Source: an uncultured Oscillospiraceae bacterium (GTDB taxonomy: Bacteria; Bacillota; Clostridia; UMGS1883). Taken from it: a stretch of DNA of 28,963 nt. Shown here one piece after another: positions 7,667-17,310 of the stretch. The DNA lies in contig CAYTWZ010000002.1 in assembly GCA_964442035.1 (NCBI GenBank), positions 2,211 through 31,173 of the forward strand. The letters run 5' to 3'. Each line of letters begins with the position of its first letter. The first letter of the stretch is position 1. A program made the position numbers and the translations under genes. The notes below the pieces were generated by a model. That model had not been told where the DNA came from. It saw only the letters and a program-made list of their open reading frames with translations, and made no database searches.

Positions 7667-8079
7667 GGGCGCACCTTTACACTCAGCAAATTGTGACTGT
7701 GAGAAATATTGTTGATGGAAAGATTGTAGTCTATATCCAGTTTTCCGCCGTCCTCATCCATGTTTACGGAAACGTCGTTGGCGGTTACGCTTACGGTGAG
7801 GTTGCCGAAAGGTGTTTCGTAGCAGCTTATGTGACACTGTCCCTTTTCAAAAACCATCCTCGTGTTTGCCTCACCGCTGCGGAGCATTGTTATTACTCCG
7901 TCAGGGGAAATCTTGAGGGTGGTGCTGCATTTTTCCCGGCCTATAAGCTCACCCTCAGGATAGTTGATGTAATATTTGCCGGACTTCTTATAAAAGTGTC
8001 CTTCTGTGCAGTAATTCATTTTGTCGGTGTCACCGCCGGCAGTGACATGTCCGTTGATCTCTACATATACCTGTTTCAT
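7663..8079 (-). CDS. DUF1934 (YwiB-like) beta-barrel protein
   Basis: MKQVYVEINGHV…YKKSGKYYINYPEG…GNLTVSVTANDVSV is the typical DUF1934 pattern. ATG at 8079 follows GAGGT 7 nt upstream. The longer ORF that extends to 8136 lacks an RBS. Confidence 0.7.
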   Translation of the reverse strand: MKQVYVEINGHVTAGGDTDKMNYCTEGHFYKKSGKYYINYPEGELIGREKCSTTLKISPDGVITMLRSGEANTRMVFEKGQCHISCYETPFGNLTVSVTANDVSVNMDEDGGKLDIDYNLSINNISHSHNLLSVKVRP

Positions 8080-8104
8080 TTGTTTAACCTCGCAAGTGTA
8101 TCCT

Positions 8105-8902
8105 TTAAAGTACGGTTCTGTGGACGCTGAGCTCAATTTCCCTGCCCAGAAACATCCCTCCCAGCTTTACAAAGCTTTCGGTGCTGTCAGAAACATAGAA
8201 CTCGTAGTGTCCCTTCTTATTTCCTTCGTTGAGCATGTTTTCTTCACTGAGTATCTTTTTGGTGTAGCAGGCTGCTTCACGGCCTGAGGATATGAGCTTT
8301 ACGTCTTCTCCCATTATATCACCGATCACCTTTTCAAGCAAGGGGTAATGTGTACATCCCAAGATAAGCGTATCCACGTTTTCCTTTTTAAGGGGAGTAA
8401 GGTAATCTCTGGCCACTATACGAGCCACCTCACTGTCAGCGTAGCCATTTTCCACAATGGGTACAAACATGGGGCATGCCGCGCTGAACACATGTACATC
8501 CGGCTCAAGCTGGCGGATTATCTGGGCATATTTATCGCTTTGGATAGTACCGGCAGTGCCGATTACACCGATATGGCCGTTTCTTGAACGCTTGATCGCC
8601 GCCCGGCAGGCGGGCTCAAGCACGCCGATGATCCTTACCCCCATGTCTCCAAGGTAGGGGAGGGCAACGCTGCTGGCAGTGCCGCAGGCGGCAAGTATAA
8701 TCTTGATGTTGTATTTAAGCAAAAAATTTACATCGTCCTTTGTGTAGCGTATAAGTGTTTCCCGGCTCCTGTTGCCATAGGGGACACGTCCCGTGTCTCC
8801 GAAGTATATTATATCCTCGCCGGGCAAAACGCTTATTAGCTGCTTGACAGAGGTCAGTCCGCCTAACCCGCTGTCAAAAACCCCGATAGGGCGATTGTCC
8901 AT
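8105..8902 (-). CDS. murI: Glutamate racemase
   Basis: MDNRPIGVFDSGLGGLTSVKQL…CTHYPLL… are the signature motifs of MurI. ATG at 8902 follows GGAGGA. Confidence 0.9.
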   Translation of the reverse strand: MDNRPIGVFDSGLGGLTSVKQLISVLPGEDIIYFGDTGRVPYGNRSRETLIRYTKDDVNFLLKYNIKIILAACGTASSVALPYLGDMGVRIIGVLEPACRAAIKRSRNGHIGVIGTAGTIQSDKYAQIIRQLEPDVHVFSAACPMFVPIVENGYADSEVARIVARDYLTPLKKENVDTLILGCTHYPLLEKVIGDIMGEDVKLISSGREAACYTKKILSEENMLNEGNKKGHYEFYVSDSTESFVKLGGMFLGREIELSVHRTVL

Positions 8903-9051
8903 AGAAATTCCTCCATAATTAATGATAGTGGTATTATTGAATCTCCCGCTGAAATCCTGAGGAGTGAGCGTCCCCTGCGCAGGTTGCAATCGTTCGCAAG
9001 ATCCATTTCAAGCAAGCTTGATGGAGCGTTGTTCCGATTTAAACCGGCAGA

Positions 9052-9930
9052 TCAATTTAAAACCAGCATTTTGTCCCAGTGCCTTTGACTGTGATTGCGA
9101 AAAAACACCGCCATAGCGCCGTTGTCATATATTTCCAAAAAAGCACTGCGTATGGCGTTGCCACGGCCCGTTTCAAGGCTGGAAATATTAATCTGGGTCA
9201 GCATGTGGTTATCTGTGCCGCATATTTGACGACCCCAGTCCTTGCCCGCCCATACACTGTCGCCTATGTGAGCATGACCGTAAAAATGTGCCCTGACGTT
9301 ATTTTGGATAGGCAGGAAGTTGCCCATATACTCTGTGGCCCGATTCCCTCCTGGATAGGAATAATGTCCGGCGGTAATTACATCCGCCATGTTGTCGCGC
9401 TTTGCCGCAATAGCCTGAAAATCTTCATATGTATACGGGTAACCGACACCAAATGCCCTTCCGTGGCAAAAATGCCAGCTTCCGTCCTCCGCCGCACAGT
9501 CCGCCAAAAAAAGAACATCTATGCTGCCGATCTTGTCCCAAAAGTAAAAGTCACTTACACGCTTGGTGGTTTTCCAGCCGTCGGAGACATGCGAGACTAC
9601 CATTTCACGGAATGGGAGCACGGCATCGCCGTGCTCCGATATATAGTCCATGTCGTGATTGCCCGGACAGTAGCATACCGGAACCTTCATTCGGAGAAAT
9701 ACCTCCTCCTGCATCCTTGCCATCTGCCAAAGCTTCCCAAGGTCAGCCCCTTCCACACTGTCACCAAGATACCATGCCTTTTCACAGGTCAGGCCCAGTG
9801 AAGCGATATCCTCCGCCGCAGTGTACATACAGCGGCGGCTCCGGTCAGGGTCATGCTGCTGTAGGTCACTTAAAAGCCATACTCGGTGCAGAACATGTTT
9901 CTTTGATTTTTCAAGAAAATATTCAATCAT
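9052..9930 (-). CDS. Calcineurin-like metallophosphoesterase
   Basis: Metallophosphoesterase motifs D..(Q/H), GDxxE/D, GNHD (CYCPGNHDMDY) and GHxH (FYGHAHIGD). RBS GAAAGGA precedes the start codon. Confidence 0.75.
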   Translation of the reverse strand: MIEYFLEKSKKHVLHRVWLLSDLQQHDPDRSRRCMYTAAEDIASLGLTCEKAWYLGDSVEGADLGKLWQMARMQEEVFLRMKVPVCYCPGNHDMDYISEHGDAVLPFREMVVSHVSDGWKTTKRVSDFYFWDKIGSIDVLFLADCAAEDGSWHFCHGRAFGVGYPYTYEDFQAIAAKRDNMADVITAGHYSYPGGNRATEYMGNFLPIQNNVRAHFYGHAHIGDSVWAGKDWGRQICGTDNHMLTQINISSLETGRGNAIRSAFLEIYDNGAMAVFFRNHSQRHWDKMLVLN

Positions 9931-9951
9931 GCCGGGTATCCTTTCACAGAT

Positions 9952-11475
9952 TTATTTTACCAGACTTTCGCCGGTCATTTCCTTGGGCTGTTCTATGCCC
10001 ATAAGCTTGAGCATGGTGGGCGTGATGTCCGCAAGTCTGCCGCCCTCGCGGAGTGAACCGCAGTCCGCGCCTACAACGATGAAGGGAACAGGATTGGTAG
10101 TGTGGGCTGTGAAGGGAGCCTTGGTCACAGGGTCGATTAGCTGATCCGCGTTGCCGTGATCGGCAGTGATGCACACTATGCCGCTTTTTTTGAGTACAGC
10201 CTCAGTGACCTGACCAACGCAGTCGTCAACAGCCTCAACGGCCTTGATGGTTGCGGGGATTATTCCGGTATGGCCTACCATATCGCAGTTGGCGAAATTG
10301 AGAATGATAACATCAAACTTGTCAGCTTCGATTTCCTTTATGACTGCATCCTTGACCTCGTAGGCGCTCATTTCGGGCTTAAGATCAAAGGTCGGTACAT
10401 CTGGAGACTGGATAAGAATTCTTTCTTCCCCGGGGAACTGTTTTTCCTCGCCGCCGTTGAAGAAGAAGGTAACGTGGGCATACTTTTGGGTCTCGGCAAT
10501 TCTAAGCTGAGTAAGACCAAGCTTGCTTACATACTCGCCGAATGTCATTGTAAGGGCTTCGGGAGGATAGGCAACTGTTACGTTAGGCATGGAGGCATCA
10601 TACTGAGCCATGCACACAAAGTTGACGGGGAAGAATCCGCGCCTGCGCTCAAAACCGTCAAAATCCGGATCCACAAAGGCGCGGGTAATCTGACGTGCCC
10701 GGTCAGGACGGAAGTTGAAGCAGATAACGCTGTCACCTTCACTGATCATTCCGTCGCTGTCAACCACAGTGGGAAGCATAAACTCGTCGGTAACGCCATT
10801 TTTATAGGAGTTTTTGATGGCCTGTACAGGGTCATTCTCGCTGACGCCCTCACCAAGCACCATTGCATCGTATGCCTTGACTACACGATCCCAGGCTTTA
10901 TCACGATCCATAGCGTAGTAACGGCCTGCTACAGTGGCTACCCTGCCAATACCGATCTCAAACATTTTTTCAACCAGCTGTGCCATATAGCCCGCTCCAG
11001 AGGTCGGAGGTGTGTCACGTCCGTCCAGAAAAGCGTGTACATATACTTTTTTGACCCCAAGCTTTTTAGCCATGTCGATAAGACCGTAAAGGTGCTCGTT
11101 GTGACTGTGAACGCCTCCGTCAGAGAGAAGTCCGAACAGGTGAAGAGCCTTTCCGCTGTCGGCAGCGGCCTTCATGTTAGCCTTAAGGACACTGTTGTCC
11201 AGTATAGCGCCGTCCTTGATGTCCTTTGAAATTTTCACCAGCATCTGATATACAATACGTCCGGCGCCGATGTTGGTGTGTCCAACCTCACTGTTGCCCA
11301 TTTGTCCGTCGGGAAGGCCTACATCAAGGCCGCTGGCGGAAATTATGGTGTTGGGGCAGGTTGCCATATATCTGTCAAGGTTAGGCTTTTGTGCGGCCAT
11401 TACGCAGTTGCCCTCTTCATTGGGGTTGATGCCGTAGCCGTCCATTATAAGCAGAGCAATAGGTTTTTTAGGCAT
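9952..11475 (-). CDS. gpmI: 2,3-bisphosphoglycerate-independent phosphoglycerate mutase
   Basis: MPKKPIALLIMDGYGINPNEEGN… matches the iPGM family along its full length. Confidence 0.9.
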   Translation of the reverse strand: MPKKPIALLIMDGYGINPNEEGNCVMAAQKPNLDRYMATCPNTIISASGLDVGLPDGQMGNSEVGHTNIGAGRIVYQMLVKISKDIKDGAILDNSVLKANMKAAADSGKALHLFGLLSDGGVHSHNEHLYGLIDMAKKLGVKKVYVHAFLDGRDTPPTSGAGYMAQLVEKMFEIGIGRVATVAGRYYAMDRDKAWDRVVKAYDAMVLGEGVSENDPVQAIKNSYKNGVTDEFMLPTVVDSDGMISEGDSVICFNFRPDRARQITRAFVDPDFDGFERRRGFFPVNFVCMAQYDASMPNVTVAYPPEALTMTFGEYVSKLGLTQLRIAETQKYAHVTFFFNGGEEKQFPGEERILIQSPDVPTFDLKPEMSAYEVKDAVIKEIEADKFDVIILNFANCDMVGHTGIIPATIKAVEAVDDCVGQVTEAVLKKSGIVCITADHGNADQLIDPVTKAPFTAHTTNPVPFIVVGADCGSLREGGRLADITPTMLKLMGIEQPKEMTGESLVK

Positions 11476-11512
11476 TGTTATTACCTCCGTATCAATAGTG
11501 TTAATAGAACCA

Positions 11513-11536
11513 AAGGGGCGCTAAACGCCCCTTTTA
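11513..11536. terminator. Intra-operon hairpin (aaaggggcg-ctaaa-cgccccttt) between tpiA and gpmI
   Basis: Perfect 9-bp GC-rich stem with A/T tracts on both sides. On the plus strand it is followed by TTATTATTTT. It could be a partial or attenuating terminator. Confidence 0.4.
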
Positions 11537-11550
11537 TTATTTTGTGAAAT

Positions 11551-12303
11551 TTACTTTGCGGCTTCTGTGATCTGTGCAAAGTCAGCGGATTTGAGGGAGG
11601 CTCCGCCGATAAGTCCGCCGTCAATGTTGGGTTTTGCAAGCAGTTCGGCAGCGTTTTTGGCGTTCATGCTTCCGCCGTACTGGATGGTGATTTCGGCGGC
11701 TGTGGCCTGATCGTACAGTCCCTCAAGCACCTTGCGAATAGCGCCGCAGACCTCCTCAGCCTGATCGGCAGTAGCGGTCTTGCCTGTACCTATGGCCCAG
11801 ATAGGCTCATAGGCTACTACTACCTTCTTGGCATCATCAGCGCTTACACCGGAAAACGCCTTCTTGATCTGTATTGTGATAAGATCCATAGTGATACCGA
11901 CTTCTCTCTGGCCAAGGCTTTCACCTACGCAGAGAATGGGTATAAGGCCCTTTTCCAGCGCTTTCTTTACCTTCAGGTTGACGGTTTCGTCTGTCTCGGC
12001 AAAGTACTGGCGGCGCTCACTGTGGCCTATAATAACGTACTTGACGCCAAGGTCAATGAGCATGTCGGCGCTTACCTCGCCGGTATATGCGCCCTTGTCC
12101 TCAAAGTGGAGGTTTTCCGCGCCGATCTCTACGTGAGTGCCTTCCGCACCCTTAACTGCTTCGGCAAGGTTGACAAAGGGGGTGCAGCAAACAACTGTGC
12201 AGCTTGCGCCCTTGGTGGCCTCGGCCACTTCCTTGACATAAGCGCAGGTTTCGGAGGGAAGCTTGTTCATCTTCCAGTTTCCCGCAATTATATATTTACC
12301 CAT
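11551..12303 (-). CDS. tpiA: Triosephosphate isomerase
   Basis: MGKYIIAGNWKMNK… and the AYEPIWAIGTGKTAT active-site loop. Confidence 0.95.
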   Translation of the reverse strand: MGKYIIAGNWKMNKLPSETCAYVKEVAEATKGASCTVVCCTPFVNLAEAVKGAEGTHVEIGAENLHFEDKGAYTGEVSADMLIDLGVKYVIIGHSERRQYFAETDETVNLKVKKALEKGLIPILCVGESLGQREVGITMDLITIQIKKAFSGVSADDAKKVVVAYEPIWAIGTGKTATADQAEEVCGAIRKVLEGLYDQATAAEITIQYGGSMNAKNAAELLAKPNIDGGLIGGASLKSADFAQITEAAK

Positions 12304-12324
12304 CTGAATTACTCCTTTTGCTGA

Positions 12325-13518
12325 TTACTTGTCATTGAGCGCCGCAATACCGGGAAGGTCCTTGCCCTCAAGGTACTCAAGGCTTGCACCGCCGCCTGTG
12401 GAAATATGGGTCATCTTGTCGCCAAGACCGGCCTGGTTTACAGCCGCAACGCTGTCACCGCCGCCGATAACTGTGGTAGCGCCCTCAAGTGCGGCAAGCA
12501 CCTGAGCGATAGCGTTTGTACCCTTTGCGAAGTTGGGCATTTCAAACACGCCCATTGGTCCGTTCCATACTACTGTCTTGGCGTCCTTAAGAACCTCTGT
12601 GAACAGCTCAACGGACTTGGGTCCGATGTCAAGTCCCTGCCAGCCGGCCTCGATGCCACCCTGAGGAACGACCTTGCTTTCGGTGTCGTTATCAAAATCC
12701 CTGCCCACAACCGTATCAACGGGAAGCACCAGCTTGTCGCCGGCCTTTTCCATCATCTTCTTGGCGTAGTCAACAAAATCAGCTTCAAGCAGGGAGTCGC
12801 CGACTTCCTCACCCATAGCCTTCATGAAAGTGTATGCCATGCCGCCGCCGATAATGAGCTTATCAACCTTGTCAAGCAGGTTCTCAATGACAGAGATCTT
12901 GCTGGAAACCTTACTGCCGCCAAGGATAGCTACCAAGGGACGTACAGGTGCGTTAACAGCGTTGCCAAGGTATTGGATCTCCTTCTGAATCAGGTAACCG
13001 GCAACAGCGGGCTGAAGATATTCCGTAACGCCAACGTTGGAGCAGTGTGCTCTGTGCGCTGTACCGAAAGCGTCGTTTACAAACATATCGGCAAGAGAAG
13101 CAAGCTCCTTGCTGAAGGCTTCAACATTCTTTGTTTCCTCAGCTCTGTAGCGGGTGTTTTCAAGGAGTACAACGTCTCCGTCCTGCATTTCAGCAACGGC
13201 TTTCTTCGCGTTTTCGCCTACAACATTGGCGTCAGCGGCAAATACAACAGGCTTGCCAAGCTTTTCACTGAGGCGCTCCGCCACAGGAGCAAGGGAAAGC
13301 TCGGGCTTAGGCTCGCCCTTGGGCTTGCCCAGATGAGAGCAAAGAATTACCTTTGCGCCGTTATTAATAAGATACTGGATAGTGGGAAGGGCAGCTACGA
13401 TTCTTGTCTCGTCTGTGATAGTGCCTTCCTTAAGGGGTACGTTAAAATCGCAACGTACAAGAACCCTTTTGCCCTTTACCTCAACATCCTCGATGGTCTT
13501 TTTGTTTGTCATGCTCAT
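12325..13518 (-). CDS. pgk: Phosphoglycerate kinase
   Basis: …[14 protein letters not shown]…[11 protein letters not shown]… are PGK signatures. ATG at 13518 follows GAGGTGA. The upstream GTG in the ORF track overlaps the RBS. Confidence 0.95.
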   Translation of the reverse strand: MSMTNKKTIEDVEVKGKRVLVRCDFNVPLKEGTITDETRIVAALPTIQYLINNGAKVILCSHLGKPKGEPKPELSLAPVAERLSEKLGKPVVFAADANVVGENAKKAVAEMQDGDVVLLENTRYRAEETKNVEAFSKELASLADMFVNDAFGTAHRAHCSNVGVTEYLQPAVAGYLIQKEIQYLGNAVNAPVRPLVAILGGSKVSSKISVIENLLDKVDKLIIGGGMAYTFMKAMGEEVGDSLLEADFVDYAKKMMEKAGDKLVLPVDTVVGRDFDNDTESKVVPQGGIEAGWQGLDIGPKSVELFTEVLKDAKTVVWNGPMGVFEMPNFAKGTNAIAQVLAALEGATTVIGGGDSVAAVNQAGLGDKMTHISTGGGASLEYLEGKDLPGIAALNDK

Positions 13519-13599
13519 TTGAATCACCTCATAATTTATTTTTAAAAAATAACCAACAAATGTTATGGAACAATTTCCCGTGTCCCACTGTCACATATA

Positions 13600-13628
13600 T
13601 ATTATACCATCTTTTTAAGGAAATGCAA
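13600..13628 (-). promoter_or_regulatory. Sigma-A-type promoter with extended -10 for the pgk-tpiA-gpmI operon
   Basis: On the minus strand: TTGCAT-16 nt-TGgTATAAT, about 75 nt upstream of the pgk start. Confidence 0.5.
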
Positions 13629-13725
13629 GAAAAAAATATACAAATTTGCATTTAATTTACATAGCCTTTAATTCACTTTAATTTGCGTGATTTTTGACAT
13701 AGAATGTTCAGTTATACCATATGCG

Positions 13726-13765
13726 GCTAAGGGCAGCCGGCCGATTGCGGCCGACTGCCCTTAGC
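13726..13765 (-). terminator. Terminator hairpin downstream of the large beta-helix protein gene
   Basis: Long near-perfect inverted repeat gctaagggcagccggccg-att-cggccgactgcccttagc, 10 nt past the stop codon. There is no strong U-tract. Confidence 0.5.
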
Positions 13766-13775
13766 AAGAGATCGG

Positions 13776-16700
13776 TTATTTGCTTACTGACGTCAATGCG
13801 CATGAGGATGAGCCTGAGTACGTGCCGCCGGTCACTATTCCGTATGGCTCTTTCCCCGTGAAAGCGCCACCTGTTACGCTCCCTCCGTAATTTAATGTGT
13901 ATGAGCCGCTTTTGATTTCAGGTGTTGATATAAATACCCATGCGTATGCTTTTGACGGTACATATGTCACAATTTCATCCCCGCTTGAATTTGTTAGCTT
14001 GAACGCCTTACCCGCTGATTGTGATGAAAAGCCGCCTGAACCGCCCCACATACCGCTGCCGGAGGAACTTGACGAAGTCACAACGTAATACTGCTTCGCG
14101 CTGTCGGGAGTTATCGCCATATCGGATGAACCTGCGCCAATTACAGTACCTCCTGTAATTGAAAGTGTGTCGCCGTTGTTATCGCCTATGTCAAACACGC
14201 CGTTCCCGCCGCTTGTGGGGCCGTTTACAAGAAGCGTACCGCCCGAAATTAGAGCGCTGCCGTTGCTGTCAAAGCCATCGCCCTCTGCTTCGATATAGAC
14301 CAGTCCGCCGGATATTTCAACATATCCGTATGTCGACGAATCCTCACCGCCCCAGTTGGGACCGCTGTTCCAGCCTTGATTGCCGCCGTTCCAGCCTTGA
14401 TTGCCGCCCGGCCCCGCTAAAAGCTCAACTGACAAAGCGGAAACGGTATCAATGTCATATGCGCTGTCTGTCGGCTTGTCGCCTGCCGCGTTTACACCGT
14501 CGTCAGAGGAAACGATTCTTGTTTCACCGCCTAAAACATATATATTTGCGGCTTCTATGCCTTCATAGCTCTTTGTAATATTTATATCGGCGTTATCGCT
14601 TATATAAAGATAGCTGTCGCCGTGTATCCCATCGTCGCCTGTGGCGGCGGTTATGCTTCCGCCGATTATGCGCACAGTATGGTTTGAATGAACGGCGTCA
14701 TCATAGGTGTTTATATTGAAAGTGCCGCCACTGATATAAACAAGGTTGCCGCCCTTTACGCCCTTACAGCTGCTCGCCGCCTCGGGATTGTTTGCCGAAA
14801 CGGTCTGGGGCGCACCGCCGTATGCGGTCAAATCAAATGTGCCGCCGGAAATATTTGTTATGTTCTCGCTTTGTATACAATCCTGCTGGGAATTTACAGT
14901 GATATTGCCGTCTGTAACAACAACATTTCCGGTCCCGCACTGTATTCCGTCCTCGCTACAGGTTATGTCAAGAGTTCCTCCGTTGATATCAATTTCACCC
15001 TCTACATAGGCGAGAACCGTTGCTCCGTCTGTGTCGTATATTACCTCATTTACTTGAATTCCCTCCAAGGCTTTGGTGATCGTTATATTTGCGCCGCTAC
15101 CTATTGTAATGTTTTTTACCGCTTTGATTCCGTCCTCACCGGCCGACGCGACAATTGTGCCGCCTGTGATCGCCACACAGCCATCGCCCTCGGCAGGCGT
15201 GCCACTTGTTAACGTCGTGTCCTCAAGGTATGCAATGCTCGAAGCATTAGCCTTGATAGCTTCACCCGCGGCGTTGATCGTTATGTCGCCGCCAGTGATC
15301 GTGAGAAGAGTATCAGCTTGTATGCCGTCCCCGTTTGATACAGTGCCGTCCGTGCCTGTTGTTGTTTTTGAGGTTATATTTATTGTGCCGCCGTTTATCG
15401 TAACAGAACCGCCGGAAACGTATTCATTTGTCAGCGCGTCAATTTCAGGATCCTGATCGGACTTGATTCCGTCTCCTCCGGAAACAACCGTTATCGAATT
15501 GTTTTTCTTTGTGATTTTTACGGATTGGTCACCCTTTATGCCGTTGTTTGCGGCAGTAACATTTAAATCGCAGACGCCAATTTCGATGTCGTTCTTACAG
15601 CGTATGCCGTTCCCGTAATCGGATATTGCGTTAAGCGTTCCCTCACCCTTTATTGTAAGGTCATTCTTGCTGTAAATTGCTGTTGTATCCCCGTCCGATG
15701 AAGCTGATCTGAATGTGCTTTCGTTTTCTGTGGGAACAAGTGTTACCGTTCCCTTTAAACCGTCAAACGCGTTCCCCGTTGTGCTTGTTACGCTTACACC
15801 GTCAAGATTGACGGTGATTAAATCTGTCTTTTCGGAGGAATTAACTATTATCTGTCCATCGTTTAATGTGCCCTCAACGGTATATTCTCCCGCCGCCGTA
15901 ATTGTAACGGCAGTTCCAGATACGGTTACATTTTCAATGCCATCGGCATTCACGCTGTCACCCATAAGATGTATTATTCCGTCACCCGCGGAAATTACGG
16001 GATCCTGTGGAGATTCCTCCTCAGTCGCTTTGGTGGTGACGGTAACAGTGATATCGCCTGTTATCTTGGTTATTCTGTATGTATTTTCCCCAAGCTCGGA
16101 GGGCAGCTTTAGATTTTTGTAATTTGTTGACGGGGTCACTTCAACAGATTCGATCTCGTAGCCCTCATCCGCGGTAATCTTAAAATTCACCTGTCCGTTG
16201 CCGGAGGTATCGATTTCGCCGGTGTCGCCGCTTCGCGCGTATGCCTCTGTAACAAACTGCTCATCGCCTGTAAACACCTGCGTGTCAGACACGGCTATTG
16301 ATGCGTGGGAATCGGTCTCAAATGTCGCTTTAAAGCCCTCCGCTGTCGTTGCCTTGGTGGTGACGGTAACAGTGATATCGCCTGTTATCTTGGTTATTCT
16401 GTATGTATTTTCCCCAAGCTCGGAGGGCAGCTTTAGATTTTTGTAATTTGTTGACGGGGTCACTTCAACAGATTCGATCTCGTAGCCCTCATCCGCGGTA
16501 ATCTTAAAATTCACCTGTCCGTTGCCGGAGGTATCGATTTCGCCGGTGTCGCCGCTTCGCGCGTATGCCTCTGTAACAAACTGCTCATCGCCTGTAAACA
16601 CCTGCGTGTCAGACACGGCTATTGATGCGTGGGAATCGGTTTCAAATGTTGCTTTAAAGCCCTCCACAGGAACAAACACATCACTTAGCGGCTCAAGGGT

Positions 16701-17033
16701 CAGTACGCCGTTTTCTGTTTTCCAGAAAAAAGCTTTTAAAACATCGCCGTCATCTTTTAATGTGCTGTTAAAGACAAGCGACTTGTTGCCGGTTCCGTTT
16801 GTTTCTTCGGATACCACAATGCCCTTGAGCTGCCCTAAAGAGTCATATACCGCAACAATTCCTTTCCCGCTTTCGTCTGAGCCTTTGCTTACGACCATTG
16901 ATATATTTCCGTTCTCGTCAATATCCAATGAGGTAATTGAGCAGGCAAGCTCTGCCGCCTCCGCGGCAATTGAAAAAACCATCAGCGATAAAACGATGAT
17001 AAAACATAGAACCTTTGTGGAAATGGATCTCAC
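13776..17033 (-). CDS. Large secreted right-handed beta-helix repeat protein (Cthe_2159/DUF4353-like carbohydrate-binding family) with two identical 108-aa Ig-like modules
   Basis: Signal peptide MRSISTKVLCFIIVLSLMVFSIAAEA. Dozens of GDDGI/NGDGI/xDGIxx beta-helix turn motifs. A GWNGGNQGWNGGNQGWN low-complexity linker. An exact tandem 108-aa repeat (GFKATFETDSHASIAVSDTQ…TTKAT). Confidence 0.8.
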   Translation of the reverse strand: MRSISTKVLCFIIVLSLMVFSIAAEAAELACSITSLDIDENGNISMVVSKGSDESGKGIVAVYDSLGQLKGIVVSEETNGTGNKSLVFNSTLKDDGDVLKAFFWKTENGVLTLEPLSDVFVPVEGFKATFETDSHASIAVSDTQVFTGDEQFVTEAYARSGDTGEIDTSGNGQVNFKITADEGYEIESVEVTPSTNYKNLKLPSELGENTYRITKITGDITVTVTTKATTAEGFKATFETDSHASIAVSDTQVFTGDEQFVTEAYARSGDTGEIDTSGNGQVNFKITADEGYEIESVEVTPSTNYKNLKLPSELGENTYRITKITGDITVTVTTKATEEESPQDPVISAGDGIIHLMGDSVNADGIENVTVSGTAVTITAAGEYTVEGTLNDGQIIVNSSEKTDLITVNLDGVSVTSTTGNAFDGLKGTVTLVPTENESTFRSASSDGDTTAIYSKNDLTIKGEGTLNAISDYGNGIRCKNDIEIGVCDLNVTAANNGIKGDQSVKITKKNNSITVVSGGDGIKSDQDPEIDALTNEYVSGGSVTINGGTINITSKTTTGTDGTVSNGDGIQADTLLTITGGDITINAAGEAIKANASSIAYLEDTTLTSGTPAEGDGCVAITGGTIVASAGEDGIKAVKNITIGSGANITITKALEGIQVNEVIYDTDGATVLAYVEGEIDINGGTLDITCSEDGIQCGTGNVVVTDGNITVNSQQDCIQSENITNISGGTFDLTAYGGAPQTVSANNPEAASSCKGVKGGNLVYISGGTFNINTYDDAVHSNHTVRIIGGSITAATGDDGIHGDSYLYISDNADINITKSYEGIEAANIYVLGGETRIVSSDDGVNAAGDKPTDSAYDIDTVSALSVELLAGPGGNQGWNGGNQGWNSGPNWGGEDSSTYGYVEISGGLVYIEAEGDGFDSNGSALISGGTLLVNGPTSGGNGVFDIGDNNGDTLSITGGTVIGAGSSDMAITPDSAKQYYVVTSSSSSGSGMWGGSGGFSSQSAGKAFKLTNSSGDEIVTYVPSKAYAWVFISTPEIKSGSYTLNYGGSVTGGAFTGKEPYGIVTGGTYSGSSSCALTSVSK
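16026..16673. repeat. Exact tandem duplication, 2 x 324 bp, inside the beta-helix protein gene
   Basis: Two consecutive identical 324-nt units, also visible as identical antisense ORFs at 16198.. and 16522... They encode two identical 108-aa modules. Confidence 0.85.
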
Positions 17034-17273
17034 TATTATTCCTCCTCTTTCTTTTTTATTTTATAATTATTTTTTTATTTATATTTATTTATCGACTATC
17101 ATTACCTGCGTTGACGTACTTGGGAGACATTATGCTACCGACTGAATAGTATTTCATTTGCTTAAATTATAACATGATTTGTAAAAAAGTCAACGCGCGT
17201 TGAAAAAATAATTTACAATTTACATCGGCGTAAAAGTGTATTAAAAATTATTTAAAAAAGATTTGAAAAACTC

Positions 17274-17302
17274 TTGACATTTGTGGAAAAACCATATACA
17301 AT
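17274..17302 (+). promoter_or_regulatory. Consensus sigma-A promoter of the pot operon (TTGACA-17-TACAAT)
   Basis: ttgaca, then tttgtggaaaaaccata (17 nt), then tacaat. Confidence 0.55.
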
Positions 17303-17310
17303 ACACTTAT

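Noticed and set aside
7305-7715. 136-aa plus-strand ORF overlapping the DALR-like gene
   Set aside because: Ser/Ala-rich low-complexity translation with no RBS. It is antisense to an ORF that is translationally coupled to its neighbours.
10156-13545. Long antisense ORFs opposite gpmI (357 aa) and pgk (379 aa)
   Set aside because: They lie opposite highly conserved glycolytic genes and have no start context. They are typical open antisense frames in GC-balanced coding DNA.
13531-13600. Possible CggR-type operator (GGGACA…TGTC-like words) in the pgk leader
   Set aside because: Only a loose resemblance (gtgacagtgggacacggga) to the CGGGACN6TGTC tandem consensus. There is no cggR or gap gene nearby.
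14159-17145. Several plus-strand ORFs (139, 174, 127, 135, 82 and 207 aa) inside the 1085-aa minus-strand gene
   Set aside because: They are antisense to a long, well-supported CDS. They are Cys/Arg-rich or repeat-derived: two share an identical N-terminus only because of the 324-bp tandem duplication. They have no RBS.
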